DNA from: Malacoraja senta
Lineage: Eukaryota
Direction: 5' to 3'
Length of the DNA stretch: 64,000 nucleotides
Assembly (NCBI GenBank): GCA_038087875.1
Contig: CM075991.1
Span: 7,070,001 to 7,134,000 of the forward strand
Shown: piece by piece, positions 1 through 12,421 of the stretch
Position numbering within the stretch: position 1 is the first letter of the stretch
Layout: each line of letters starts with the position of its first letter
Position numbers and translations under genes: made by a program
Notes under the pieces: generated by a model
Seen by the model: only the letters and a program-made list of their open reading frames with translations
What the model was told of the DNA's origin: nothing
Databases searched by the model: none

Positions 1-361
1 TTTCCGATATGTCCTTCTTTCATATGTTGATAGATCTTTTCTGTAATTATATCATGCTTGGAAATAACTTCATTATTTTATTCCTCCAAATTGACTTTTT
101 TCTTTATTAAAACTACATACCGCCATTGCTATTCCTCACATAATGAGGCAATAAACAGTTTTATAATGTCAGGAATATAAAGTAAGAATCAATTTTAAAT
201 GAATCCTCATGGTGTTATATATTTGGATTTTATAACGAGCAATGTGTTGTCACTGTTGAAATGTGGCAATCATTTGGTGCACAGCAAGTTCAAAACTACT
301 GTATGCTCTTAAAGATAGACACAGCAGGTCAGGCAGCATCTCTGGAGAAACAGGATGGGTG

Positions 362-920
362 ACAATAGACAATAAACAATAGGTGCAGGAGTAGGCCATT
401 TGGCCCTTCGAGCCAGCACCGCCATTCAATATGATCATGGCTGATCATCCACAATCAGTACCCCGTTCCTGCCTTCTCGCCATATCCCCTGACTCCGCTA
501 TCTTAAAGAGCTCTATCTAGAGGGCCTGTCCCACTTGGGCGGCATTTGCGCATCACGCAGGTGGCGCGCGAAGAATTTGTGAATCCCAAAATCCTGGGGC
601 GCTGCGTGCTACCGCACGTCACTGCCTACGTCACCACGCACCATGCGCGCGTAATGTATGGCATGAGCGCATCACGTGCGTCGTGACGCATAAATGATGT
701 CACGTAAATGACGCGCAAATGACGCCCAAGTGGGACAGGCCCTTAATTCTCTCTTGAAAGCATCCAGAGAATTGGCCTCCACTGCCTTCTGAGGCAGAGA
801 ATTCCACAGATTCACAATTCTCTGGGTGAAAAAGTTTTTCCTCGTCTCCATTCTAAATGGCCTACCCCTAATTCTTAAACTGTGGCCCCTGGTTCTGGAT
901 TCCCCCAACATCGGGAACAT
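362..920 (-). mobile_element. CR1 (HER1-like) LINE 3' fragment, split by a MITE
   Basis: ORF2 C-terminus SRTRGHSLRIRGRPF..RKNFFTQRIVNLWNSLPQ..FKREL; (CAATAGA)n tail on + at 362-381. Confidence 0.9.
521..743. mobile_element. PIF/Harbinger-like MITE 1
   Basis: TIR agggcctgtcccacttgggcg (about 35 bp, 2 mismatches); flanks TAG/TAA; removing it restores the CR1 sequence ctatcTAActctctcttgaaagc, giving a 3-bp TSD. Confidence 0.85.
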
Positions 921-1002
921 GAAGGTCGGGACCCTTCTTCAGACTGAAAGTAAGGGGTGGGGGAGGTGAAGAACTGGAGGCGAGAAAAGATCACAAATGA
1001 CC

Positions 1003-1115
1003 GGAGGTAGACAAAAGTGCTGGAGAAACTCAGCGGGTGCAGCAGCATCTATGGAGCGAAGGAAATAGGTAACGTTTCGGGCCGAAACCCTTCTTCAGAC
1101 TCAACCCTTCTTTAG
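1003..1115 (-). mobile_element. Penelope mini-element (subfamily B) with hammerhead core
   Basis: 12-bp TSD tcacaaatgacc at 991-1002 and 1116-1127; core on minus strand CTGAAGAAGGGTTTCGGCCCGAAACGTT (1071-1098). Confidence 0.85.
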
Positions 1116-1683
1116 TCACAAATGACCTCTGGCAGGGCGGTATACCGGTTTGAAAACTGAGGATGAGTCCCAAAGTAGACTGGCTTTAAAGCTAGAGTCA
1201 ACATAGGTTTGATTATAAATCAGGTTGATATTAAACCTTGCACAGTAGTGGTCCAAAAATAATTAAAATTCTATGTCTAGAGCACTGACATGAAGCAATT
1301 AAATAAAAGCGAATAAAAAAGATTTAAAGCAATGCCAGCTTTTGGCCCTGGAGCATTTCTCATCATTCAGAGAGGTTGTAGATGATCTGTGGCTGAACTA
1401 CACTTATCTGCTCATCTTAGCATCCATTAGCAGCTTTAGTTGACAAAAATCTATTGTTCAAATTTAAACTGAATAATGAACCAATCTGCAACTCATGTTT
1501 GCACAAGAGAGTTGCAAACAGCTACGCCCTTCAGTATGCGAGTTTCCTGACTTCACTCCTCAAAGACCTAGCTTTTCCTACCGGCTCTAATTCCTGGACC
1601 AAAATTTCCCAACCAGAAGAGCTACTTTGTATCTTTCAGATGCCCTCAATATCTTGAAATCTTTGATCAAATCATCCCCTTAA

Positions 1684-1912
1684 AGGGCCTGCCCCACTTT
1701 CACGACTTAATTCACGACCTTTTTTACTCGTGGACATTTTTCATCATGCTAGAAAAAAATGCCCCGACCTACTTGATGCCACGAGTATCTACAACTAGCA
1801 TCACGACCTCCTACGACCTACCTACGACCTCCTACGACCTTGTGACGACCATGCTACGAGTATGAGTCGAGGGCAAACTCGGGAGAGGTCGTGAGGTCGA
1901 GGCACAGGCCCT
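1684..1912. mobile_element. PIF/Harbinger-like MITE 2
   Basis: TAA|agggcctgccccac ... acaggccct|TAA; internal ACGACC repeats. Confidence 0.8.
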
Positions 1913-2816
1913 TAACCTTCCACATTCTTGGGAATGCAAACTGAGTGCATGTACGTAAATTAACCCTGGACTCCAAGATTGATACGAGAAAATCTATATT
2001 GCACTCAGGAGATCTGCTAATTATCCATCGCCTTTTATCCCTTAAATATTTAAAAGCAGAATGCTTGGAGTTTTGATCTCTTGGGATTAATCTCATCCCC
2101 AATGGCGTACGAGTTAGTAGAGCCAAACAAGAATGTCTCTGTGCACTGTTTATGAATGCACTTGGTAACTTGCAAGTGGATTAACCCAGCATACAACCAA
2201 AGGAAATTAAACTGCTCACTCATTTCCCCTGTATTCTCTTCCCCTTGGGGAGTTCTTTTTGAAGTTGAATGTTTTACAGTGCAATGATTAATTAAACTTT
2301 CTTGGTGAAATTGTAATGAGATTTTGCCTGCAAACTTGTCACAAATCATAACCTTTAAAGAACTGGAAGTTCACAACAACCTCTCCTGCTTGAGTGATTC
2401 AAAAGTATTTAAATGTGAGAGTAGGAGTACAAAGAATCTCTCTTCTGGAAACAAATGCAAATTACTTTATTGTTGACAGTTATTAAATCAAATAAAACCC
2501 TCCTTAAAAACTTGTGATGTCCCTCTTTACGGAGGTGACCTTCTATTAAAAAGGCTCTAATCTCTAAGTGAGTTGCCTACCTAGTTGCACAGAGCCACAT
2601 CAAGGGTGGCGTGGCTTCCTTTGTGTAATTTCAATACGACTTATCTCATCTTATTTTTCTTTAGTTTCTCTCCATTCCTTTGGATCCCTTTTGCTTATCG
2701 CTCTGTCTCTCCTCCTCAACCCCCTTCACACCCCATCTCTTTCCATAACCTGTTCAATTTTCTGAAGAAGAGTCTCGTCCCGAAACATCACCTATCCATG
2801 TTCTGCGGTAATCGTT

Positions 2817-3132
2817 TGTAAGTTCAAAAGCTATAGGAGCAGAATTAGGCCTTTCGGCCCATTATCTACTCCGTCATTCAATCTTTTCACTGTACCTCGG
2901 TGAAAAAACTGTTCACTGTAACCTCGGTACACGTCACAATAAACTAAACTGAAACTCAATCATGGTTCATCCATCTTTCCCTCTCAACCCCATTCTCCTG
3001 GCTTCTCCCCATAACCCCTGAGACCTGAAGAAATCCTGAATCTGTCAATCGCTGCCTTAAAAAAATATCATTGACCTGGCTTCCACAGCCTTCTGTGGCA
3101 ATGAAATCTACAGATTCACCACCCTCTGACTA
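2817..3132 (-). mobile_element. CR1 LINE 3' end with an inserted Rex-like tail
   Basis: ggagcagaattaggcc...ccacagccttctgtggcaatgaa...cagattcaccaccctctgac. Confidence 0.7.
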
Positions 3133-3605
3133 AAGATGCTGCCTGATCTGCTGAGTTACTCCAGCACTTTGTGTCCTTTCGTGTGTTAAGCAGCATTTGC
3201 AGTTCTTTGTTTCTACAGTTCTCCATTTTTTTTCTGTTTTTCAACAGCAGCATGGCCGTGGGGAAATCCTACTGCCGTCGCATATCTTTGTAATCCTTTA
3301 CTGGCCTGGGCTTTCTCTTGTCCCTTTCAAAAACAAGAATTGGATTCCTTCTGAAGAATGTTTGCACTTGTTGACGGAAGAAGATTTAAAATAAGTAGTT
3401 GTCCTCTAAAGAAACAACTTGGAAACAAAAAGCTGAAGAAAATATGTGGGTAGATAATCTAATGTTTTTTGAGTTGTGCAGAAATTCCTAATATACAAGG
3501 ATAGTGAATGGATAATGTTGACAACAAAACATCATAATGTGATTGAAAGTTTTCACTGCATCAACAAAAGCTGTAAACAAGAGCATTGAATTCCCATTTC
3601 ATGCC

Positions 3606-3787
3606 AAGTTTACATTTTTTGGTACAGTGAGATTTGAGTTACCCTACAGCCATACGAATAAAAAGAACACAACACACGAGAGAATTTAACATGAACATCC
3701 CCACACAGCAGAATCAGCGTTTCCCACTGTGAGGGAAGGCAATAAAGTTCAGCCCTCTTCCTCCTTGTTCACCCGTGGTCGGGCCAC
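3606..3787 (-). mobile_element. 3' part of a GC-rich non-autonomous retroposon (hairpin family)
   Basis: reverse complement aligns by eye to 49391-49500 (gcccgac..gggtg.acaag.gga..gggg.ctg.actttr.tgccttcc..cacagtggg). Confidence 0.55.
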
Positions 3788-4719
3788 AAATTTTCTTCAG
3801 CTTTTTGTTTCCAAGTTCTCTAAGTTCCTTTGGAGAACTTCCTACAACTACTTATTTTAAATTTTCTTCCTTCAACAAGTGCAAACATTCTTCAGAAGGA
3901 ATCCAATTCTTGTTTTGGAAAGGGACAAGAGAAAGCCCAGGCCATTATGCCATGCCATTATTTTAATATCAGCCAGCATGTACTGTATTTCCAAAGCAGT
4001 TGCTTGTAATGACCCTGTATTGCCAGAGAGGGGCAGTGCAATCCAAGGATGGTCCACATAGCATGCAGATTCAATCCAGATACAGGATTAAGGCTCGATT
4101 CCAATTTTAGTGCATGATCGGTGTGAGTAAAAATATGAGGTAGTAATGCAAACCGACCAACATGATACCTGAAGGAGATTAAGGAGAAATCATTTGACAT
4201 TATGGGAATCATTTTTATTTAAATTGCCTTGCCGCCAACTGACATCAAGAAATCGGATGCTTTGTTTTTTAACTACTACTCGGTCTTCATTTTTATTATA
4301 GTAAAGATCAGCAAGTTCACCTATTGTGTCTTTTTCTTGCGAATGGGCAAGGTTAAAATTGCCCTCAACAGTGAATCTAGTCTCAGCAGACTCCAATTTA
4401 GTTTGGAAATTAGTAAGCCTAAATTAAATATGTATGAAAGAGGAATAAATGCAACTTAATATAACTTCCACATCTCTTGTATGACACAAGGCACTTCAAT
4501 TAATTAAAGCAAAGCATCGCAGGAGTAACTCAGAGGGGCAGGCAGCATCTTTGGAGGACATGAACAGGTGACGTTTCAGGTCAGGACCCTTCTTCAGACC
4601 ATTCTTCAGACGCGAATTAATTAGTTGTGGTGTGTAGTTGACCTTCGATTTAGGCAAACATAGCATTCATTGGTACACAGTGAGATCTTATAAAGATCAG
4701 TGCAGCGAAAGATCAGATG

Positions 4720-4920
4720 TAGAAACAGAAAACTCCAGATGCTGGTTTATAGCAAAGATAGACACAAAGCACTGGACTGAGAAAAAGAATAGGTGACGTT
4801 TCGAGCCGGGATCCTTCTGCAGTCTGAAGTAGGACCCTGACCCGAAACGTAACCCATTCTTTTTCTCCAGAGATGCAGCGTGACCTGTTGAGTTACTCCT
4901 ACACGTTGTGTCCGTCTATC
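4720..4920. mobile_element. Fold-back (inverted pair) Penelope terminal repeats
   Basis: minus-strand copy followed by plus-strand copy, meeting at the hammerhead cores (4793-4853). Confidence 0.75.
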
Positions 4921-5175
4921 TGAGGCGAAATATCACTTCTGCTGTGCTTGGATTGTATTCGGGATTAATCTCAGGTATGAATCTGAAACAAAGTTGCAAT
5001 CTTTTATAGTCTTTTTAAGAGTGTGTCAAGATTTAACACCCATTTGCGAATACTGCATTCCCTCATCTTTATCAATTAATGTATTCATAAATGATCTATT
5101 AATTTCAGTATTCAATCCCTTTGCTTAATAATAGTCAGAAAGTTATAGAGTTCTACAGAATGGAAATATCTGGAT

Positions 5176-5330
5176 ATCTGGAAGAGCTGGATAGATTCTT
5201 GATTAGTATGGGTGTCAGGGGTTATGGGGATGGCAGGAGAATGGGGTTAGGAGGGAGAGATAGATCAGCCATGATTGGCGGAGTAGACTTGATGGGCCGA
5301 ATGGCCTCATTCTGCACCTATCACTTATGA
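5176..5330 (+). mobile_element. CR1 LINE 3' end
   Basis: ELDRFLISMGVRGYG coding end plus 3' UTR atcagccatgatt..gggccgaatggcct. Confidence 0.8.
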
Positions 5331-5618
5331 TCCATGGACCTGTCCAAATGTCTTTTGAAAGTTGTGATTGTATCCTCTGCTTCTGGGAGCTTGTTCTCAT
5401 TATGGACTACCCTCTGAGTGAAATATTTGCCCCTGGGGACCCTCTTAAGTTTTGTATTTTGTATTTAGCATTCTATAGCAAAGGCAACAATAGCACAAAA
5501 TAGCACTTTGCTAATGGCTGCAGGCCTACAGCAGCCTTGGGCTTGCCTGGAATGGGCACCACTGACAATACCTGGACTTTGAAAATGGCACCATTTACTT
5601 GGTACTTGCATGCGGTAT

Positions 5619-6431
5619 CATAGATACATAGATACATAGATACATAGAAAATAGGTGCAGGAGTAGGCCATTCGGCCCTTCGAGCCTGCACCGCCATTCA
5701 ATATGATCATGGCTGATCATCCAACTCAGTATCCCGTACCTGCCTTCTCTCCATACCCCCTGATCCCTTTAGCCACAAGTGCCACATCTAACTCCCTCTT
5801 AAATATAGCCAATGAACTGGCCTCAACTACCCTCTGTGGCAGAGAGTTCCAGAGATTCACCACTCTCTGTGTGAAAAAGTTTTTCCTCATCTCGGTCTTA
5901 AAGGATTTCCCCCTTATCCTTAAGCTGTGACCCCTTGTCCTGGACTTCCCCAACATTGGGAACAATCTTCCTGCATCTAGCCTGTCCAACCCCATAAGAA
6001 TTTTGTACGTTTCTATAAGAACCCCTCTCAATCTCCTAAATTCTAGCGAGTATAAGCCAAGTCTATCCAGTCTTTCTTCATTTGAAAGTCCTGACATCCC
6101 AGAAATCAGTCTGGTGAACCTTCTCTGCACTCCCTCTATGGCTATAATGTCCTTCCTCAGATTTGGAGACCAAAACTGTACGCAATACTCCAGGTGTGGT
6201 CTCACCAAGACCCTGTACAACTGCAGTAGAACCTCCCTGCTCCTATACTCAAATCCTCTTGCTATGAAGGCCAACATACCATTCGCTTTCTTCACTGCCT
6301 GCTGCACCTGCATGCCTACTTTCAATGACTGGTGTACCATGACACCCAGGTCTCGCTGCATCTCCCCATTTACTAATTGGCCACCATTTAGATAATAGTC
6401 TGCCTTCCCGTTTTTGCCACCAAAGTGGGTA
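5619..6431 (-). mobile_element. CR1 (HER1-like) LINE, 5'-truncated; open ORF2 C-terminus 5726-6361
   Basis: [54 protein letters not shown]; (TAGATACA)n tail at 5619-5650. Confidence 0.95.
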
Positions 6432-7888
6432 TCAATAGACTACTCTGTACAATTTGCGAATTGGGGATGTGCTTGTGGTATGGCAATGTCCGACTGGACG
6501 GTTTGTAAGAAAATAGTTTCTCTGTGCGTTTACACTTGTGACAATAAAATCCCACGGAGCTGATTTTGATTTTAAATATATTATTAGAAAGGGAAGTATT
6601 TTATTAATTTTCTTCGGCATGCATGGACAATGATACTGTGTTGTTATTGGGGAAATCGAATACGTTGTGGAGTGTTGTACTTGAATTTGTTGTTGTTCAC
6701 TCCCAGAGATGAATGTCAAAGGACCTACCATGAATCTTGAAGCAGAGAGTTTGTACAGGACCAGCGTTGTCAAAAAAAAAGCGTATCATTTTTTCTTCTT
6801 CTTGCAAAGCAGCCAAGGTAACCATTGCCTTCCAATGCATTAATCTTCAGTCTTGGTAGCTATCAGTTACTGGAGCGAACACAATTTGTGAAATTGAAAA
6901 GTTTTCCAATTTCAAATAATTGCAAAGTGTGTCGAACATATGCCACTTACAGCTGGATCTGCTGGAGCACATCAATCCTATTCAGCCATGTATTTACTTT
7001 TTCTTAATCTTACTTCAGGCTTCTTGTCTATTGCAATCCCCTCATTTGTATTCAATAAAGTACAAATTTCAAGGAACCATCTACGTTTCAATTTTATCAG
7101 TAATCAATCAAAGCCTGAGCTTCGGATCTTTGAAATCTTCATCAAAGAATAATTTAAACATGCCCACAATCATTCCGTTTTTTATTACTATTGAACAAAA
7201 TTGGATACCTGCGTTAATAACTAAACCTTGAAAAGGGGGGAGGGGCTGACGGGGCGGTAAGCCATGGTATTAAATTAAGGAGAACAATAACATGAACAAC
7301 TGTGGTGCTGTTGCATTTGAAGAATTAAGTGGTAGCCTTGATATATTTATTCTGATTTCGTGAAGTTCATTGCAGGACTGAATCTATTAATTCCTGCGCT
7401 CTCTACATTGGATCTGATCTCTCTTGTGGTCTGTTCTTCATTGCTTGAGGCATAGTTGTACACTAATGCTTAATTAGAAAATCACCATTTGTGAATTGCT
7501 GGCCAAGCCTCTGTTAATCCTTTTCAAGATTACCAGGAATTACTCCAGATCAAGGTAACTTGGAAGAAATTCCCCAGCCACCAGCTATCGATTGTCCAGC
7601 AGAATATATATTACCTCTCAATCGTATTTTCATCCTGCACCATGTTCTGGGGCCAAATGTCAACCATAATCAACACAAATTGATTTCATTAAATAATGAT
7701 GCATTTTTCCTTTTTTGTCTGCGTCCTCTTTATTGTAGCGCCCGTGATCTCCAATTGTTGGGTGATCTTGGGTAACGTGTGCAAGCAAGGAACCTTCTCC
7801 TTAAGCACATGTCTTCCTTCTTGACATGTAGCATAGAAGATGTCAATGCAGAAATGCCATCAACAGTGTAGATTAGTTGCTATGCTAT

Positions 7889-8361
7889 CCCGTGGACTGT
7901 GATATCGGGAGCTCGCGGGTCCGGGTGAGAGACCGCTTTCCAGAGCTCCTGCAACGCAACCTCTCCCGCCCGTGTCGCGGGGTTGGAACGACCCGGAGCG
8001 GGGCTGTAAATCGCCCGGCCCGGCTTTAATGGCCGCAGGACATTCCAGCGCCCGCCAGGGGCTCCAACTTGTGACTTTTGGGCCCGGAGCGAGGCAGTAC
8101 ACCGCCCGGCGCGGCCTCAATGGCCGTGGGACTTAACATTGCCCGCCTGGGGCTTCAACATCGGGAGAAAAATGGTGCAGGGGAGAGAAAAGACTTTGCC
8201 TTCCATCACAGTGAGGAGGAGATTCACTGTGATGGATGTTTTTCTGTAAATTGAATTGTTTGTGTGTCGTGTAGGAATTGTTTTGTTTGTATGGCTGTGG
8301 AAACGGAGTTTCGTTTGAGCCTCTTTGAGGTTCAAATGACAAGAATAAAATCTAATCTAAT
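7889..8361 (+). mobile_element. GC-rich non-autonomous retroposon with Rex-like 3' end
   Basis: CpG-rich body, hairpin 8198-8239, terminal stem tttgagcctc..gaggttcaaa, aataaa and (TCTAA)n tail; 3' part shared with 26526-26728. Confidence 0.6.
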
Positions 8362-9339
8362 TTGTAGTTACGCCCACTAGCTTGTTGGGCGTTGCGGTCT
8401 GCTGCATTCCGTTAGTCTTAAAGTGAGAAGTTGTATTGCTTGTACCCAATAAACTATGTAACCTGACATGGTGTGAGGCCATTGTTATTATAAGGACTAC
8501 AATTCAACAAACAGATGCTAAGCTCCAAAGCCAAACTGATGATAGTTCTGTAACCCACTGACTTCTCATCTGGTACATTTCGCTCTTTTATTCATTAGAG
8601 TAGTGTTGTATCCATTTTATTACTTTGGAGGTTATTCCTTGTAGAATTATCATCTAAATACTGTGCCCACAAATTTTTCATCTCACTCTTGTTACATATA
8701 AACGAAACATCCCAATAAAGCAGCAGATATAAGAGTTTTACACCAGTTGTTAATTTCTTTGCATATAATTATTGTACAGCATGAAACCTGAAGACTTTTT
8801 TTAACAGCTTCGTGAATGGAATATTCAGCAGTGGTGACTCAATCTTTATGGTGCATTTTGTGTGACTGGCAAACAAGGAAAGGTAAAAATAAAAACTGGG
8901 TGTAAAAGTAGAAAGACAATCTGATATTTGAACCTGCCAAAATTGGGAGTTGGCTGTTTCCTATGTGATTCTCAGAATCAAGACGCATGCAACTTTTCAA
9001 ATGAATAGCTGGATGTAAATTGACTCTCTATTCCCTGCACTTCCAAGTGCCTACAGACAAGCCTCTTTAATGTCACTATCCTATATGCTACCGTCACCAC
9101 CTCTGGCAATGCGTTCCAGGCTCCTGCTATTATCTGTGTAAAACAAAAACTTGCCCACATTCCCCCTCTCACCTTAAAGCTATGCCCATATGCATATGAT
9201 TATACATTTTTGGTGCTCGTTTTGATGCAGAAATGCAGAACCGGTGTACCAAAGTATTGCCTTCGATAAGAGGATATTATGTCGTCTTGTGTCGAGTGAA
9301 GCTTTGAAGTATCTTTACTAAATACTTTATTACCAAATG

Positions 9340-9555
9340 GTAGGAAGGGACACCAGATGCTGGTTTAAACCGAAGATACAAAAAGCTCGAGACACTTGGC
9401 GGGACTGGCAGCATCTCTGGAGAGAAGGAATTGGTGACATTTTGGGTTGAGACCTTTTCATCAGACAGGAGAAGGGTCTCGACCCAAACCGTGACCCATT
9501 CCTTCTCTCCAGAGATGCTGCCTGTCCTGCTGATTTTCTCCAGGTTTTTATATCC
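9340..9555. mobile_element. Fold-back Penelope mini-element
   Basis: inverted arms around decayed hammerhead cores; flanking repeat atctttactaaat at 9311-9323 and 9556-9568. Confidence 0.7.
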
Positions 9556-10613
9556 ATCTTTACTAAATGGTAAGTTGTTTCAAAACCGTTCAATGGCCCT
9601 GCTACTTGTGGCATGCAATTCTGACCCTTCACTAAGTGATATGTAGATTGTTGAAGAACTTATACCTAGCCAATGAGGTGTGGGATTAAATTGCCTATGT
9701 GTTTTCTTTTGCTTATTTGAAATTGTTCTTGTTGGAAATGAAGCACTTTGATTAGCTATATGACAGGTAGAAGTGATGCAACAATCTCAAAACATACTCA
9801 GTAATCAGAAACTCTGTTTTTCCCTCCACCTATGTTGTTTGAGCTACTGATAATTTCCAGCATTTCTGGTTATATTATGATAATAGATGATGCGCTTAAA
9901 TAATAAGCTATGCTTGGCTTCATTGGTTGGGGCATTAAGTATAAGAGTCAGAAAGACCTGATGAAGCTTTATGGGACTTTGGTTAGGCTGCATTTGAGGT
10001 ATTGCACGCAGTACACATTGCCCCATTACAGGAAATATGTGCAGGCATTGGAGAGGTGCAGAACAGGTGTACCTAAGTAATGCCTTCGATAAGAGGGTAT
10101 TCTGTCGTCTTGTGTCGATTGAAGCTCTGAAGACTCACTGAAACGTCACCCATTCCTTCTATCCAGAGATGCTGCCTATCCCGCTGAGTTACTCCTGCAT
10201 TTTGTGTCTATCTTTAGAGAATCAAATGTTTTTTTCTCTCTCTGTGTGGTGTGTGTGTTTTTGCAAACTCCAGTCACATAACAACTGGAGCATGGTTGGA
10301 TAATGGCGGCAAAACATGGTGCCACTTGCATGGAGACTCAGTAGACTATTTCTGTATAATTGCCAATTGCGGGGGTGGCATGGTCATACTCTGCTGAACT
10401 GTTTGTGACAAAGGAATTTCACGGTGCGTTTGCACTTCACACATGTGACAATAAAGCATGAAGATAGACACAAAATGCTGAAGTAACTCAGCGGGACAGG
10501 CAGCATCCTTCTCTCCCGAGATGCTGACTGCCCGGCTGAGTTACTCCTGCATTTTGTGTCTATCTTCGATTTAAACCAACATCTGCAGTTCTTCCCTGAC
10601 AATAATGTACCAA

Positions 10614-10840
10614 TGGACTGTGGAATTCTCTGCCTCAGAGGGCGGTGGAGGCAGGTTCTCTGGATGCTTTCAAGAGAGAGCTAGATAGGGCTCTTAAAAA
10701 TAGCGGAGTCAGGGGATATGGGGAGAAGGCAGGAACGGGGTACTGATTGGGGATGATCAGCCATGATCACATTGAATGGTGGTGCTGGCTCGAAGGGCCA
10801 AATAGCCTACTCCTGCACCTATTGTCTATTGTCTATTGTC
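10614..10840 (+). mobile_element. CR1 LINE 3' end
   Basis: LWNSLPQRAVEAGSLDAFKRELDRAL..GYGEKAGTGY* followed by 3' UTR and (TCTATTG)n tail. Confidence 0.9.
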
Positions 10841-11584
10841 AATGAAATACCAAAAAAAATAGCTTCTTTTAAATTCCAGATTTATTTAATTCATTGCATT
10901 TAAACTTTGATAGCCGGTAAATTGGATTTAAATATATCTTCAACAAACTTAACAATTCAGACACATGGAATCCTTTTTTTAATTTATATAGTAATACACA
11001 AAATGGATGTCATAATGCAGCTTTATTTGGCTCCAGTAGTGTTGAAGCAATTCATCCAGGTGTACTCACCTACTGTTTGATCTCCGTTGTGCATAGACAC
11101 TTATTTGTACACTGACTGCTGGTTCTTTACAAAAGCTGTCAAACAAATTCGAAGTGTCAACACCTGCCTCCGCACATAGAGAAACATCTGTTCAGATCAT
11201 GATGTGTGCTGCGGTTGTAGATACATGGTGAAGACGTGATCTGATAATTGAAGAACACAAAGTTTGGAAAAAAAAAGTTCTCAATGATTCGGTTTCAATT
11301 AAGATGCAACCTATAAACATTATGAGGGCAAGTTTACATTATAGAATATCCCTTGGCAATTCAACAGGTTTAACATACAGTGATTAAAGAAAGTGCTGGA
11401 GTAACTCAGTGAGTCCAGCAGCATCACTGAAGAACGTGGATAATGCTTCGGGTCAGGAACCTTCTTCAGATTTAACATGCAGTGAATTATTTTTCAAATG
11501 CATTAACTATTCATACATGGGCAAACATGGCTATTGTTTTATCACAGAGCAAAGTTACAGTGTTGCCCCTGAACATCATACTGC

Positions 11585-11843
11585 CTGTATTAACATTGAC
11601 TTCTCTAATTTCACGTAGTCCTTACTTTCTCCACCCCTTCTCAGCTCTCCCTCAGCCCACGGCTCCACCTCTTCCTTTCTTCTTCCCGCCCCCCCACCCC
11701 ACCCTCACATCAGTCTGAAGAAGGGTTTTGGCCCGAGACGTTGCCGATTTCCTTTGCTCCACAGATGCTGCCTCACCCGCTGAGTTTCTCCAGCATTTTT
11801 GTCTACCTTCGATTTTCCAGCATTTCCAGTTCCTTCTTAAACA
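11585..11843 (+). mobile_element. Penelope-like element 3' end (endonuclease end, pyrimidine tract, terminal repeat B)
   Basis: aacattgacttctctaatttc..tag, then cagtctgaagaaggg..cccgagacgtt..ccagttccttcttaaaca; colinear with 40556-40815 reversed. Confidence 0.8.
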
Positions 11844-12113
11844 TCTTATCTGAAGGGAAGTATTTCAAACACTGGTCAGAATGCTGTGCTAAAATATGTA
11901 CCTAGATTTTGATTGGAGTCACCAAAAGTGATTCAACTGAGGAAAAGTGAGGTTATACTAACTGAACCAAACTGATAAAGATCTCCCAAACAAGCATTTC
12001 TTCTAAGTGATAAGCACAGCTCCATACTTGCACAATAGCCCTGTGTCGGAGCGTCCTTGAGCAGTGGGGAGACCAGAAGTGCTTGTGTGATCTGCTTTTG
12101 CAGCAGTCTAGCC

Positions 12114-12421
12114 TTTACTTTAGATTTTAGAAATACAGCGTGGTAACAGGCCCTTCGGCCCGCCGAGTCTGTGCCTACCAGCGATTCACACAGACTAACA
12201 CTATCCCACACGCTAGGGACAATTTACAATTTTACCAAGTCAAATAACCTACAAGCCTTGTACGTCTTTGGAGTGTGGGAGGAAACCGGAGAACTCAGAG
12301 AAAACCCACCAGTTTTCAGGAAAACGCACAATCTCCATTCAGACAACACCCGTAGTCAGGATCAAACCTGAGTCTCTGGCACCGCAAGGCAGCAACTCTA
12401 CCGCTGCGCCATCAGGGCGCC
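12114..12421 (-). mobile_element. HE1-like tRNA-derived V-SINE
   Basis: reverse complement of ggcgcagcggtagagttgctgcc..ttcctcccacactccaaagacgtac..gggccgaagggcctgtt. Confidence 0.85.

Larger units (their letters stand above)
312..1145 (-). mobile_element. Penelope-like terminal-repeat element (subfamily A), interrupted by a CR1 fragment and a subfamily-B copy
   Basis: aagatagacac...gcagcatctctggaga...ggtgac | CR1 insert | ggtcgggacccttcttcagactg matches the repeat attached to the GIY-YIG ORF at 40.6 kb. Confidence 0.75.

Noticed and set aside
3872..4459. Protein-like short ORFs in unique DNA
   Set aside because: No convincing splice-site pair or recognisable homology in any frame I tried.
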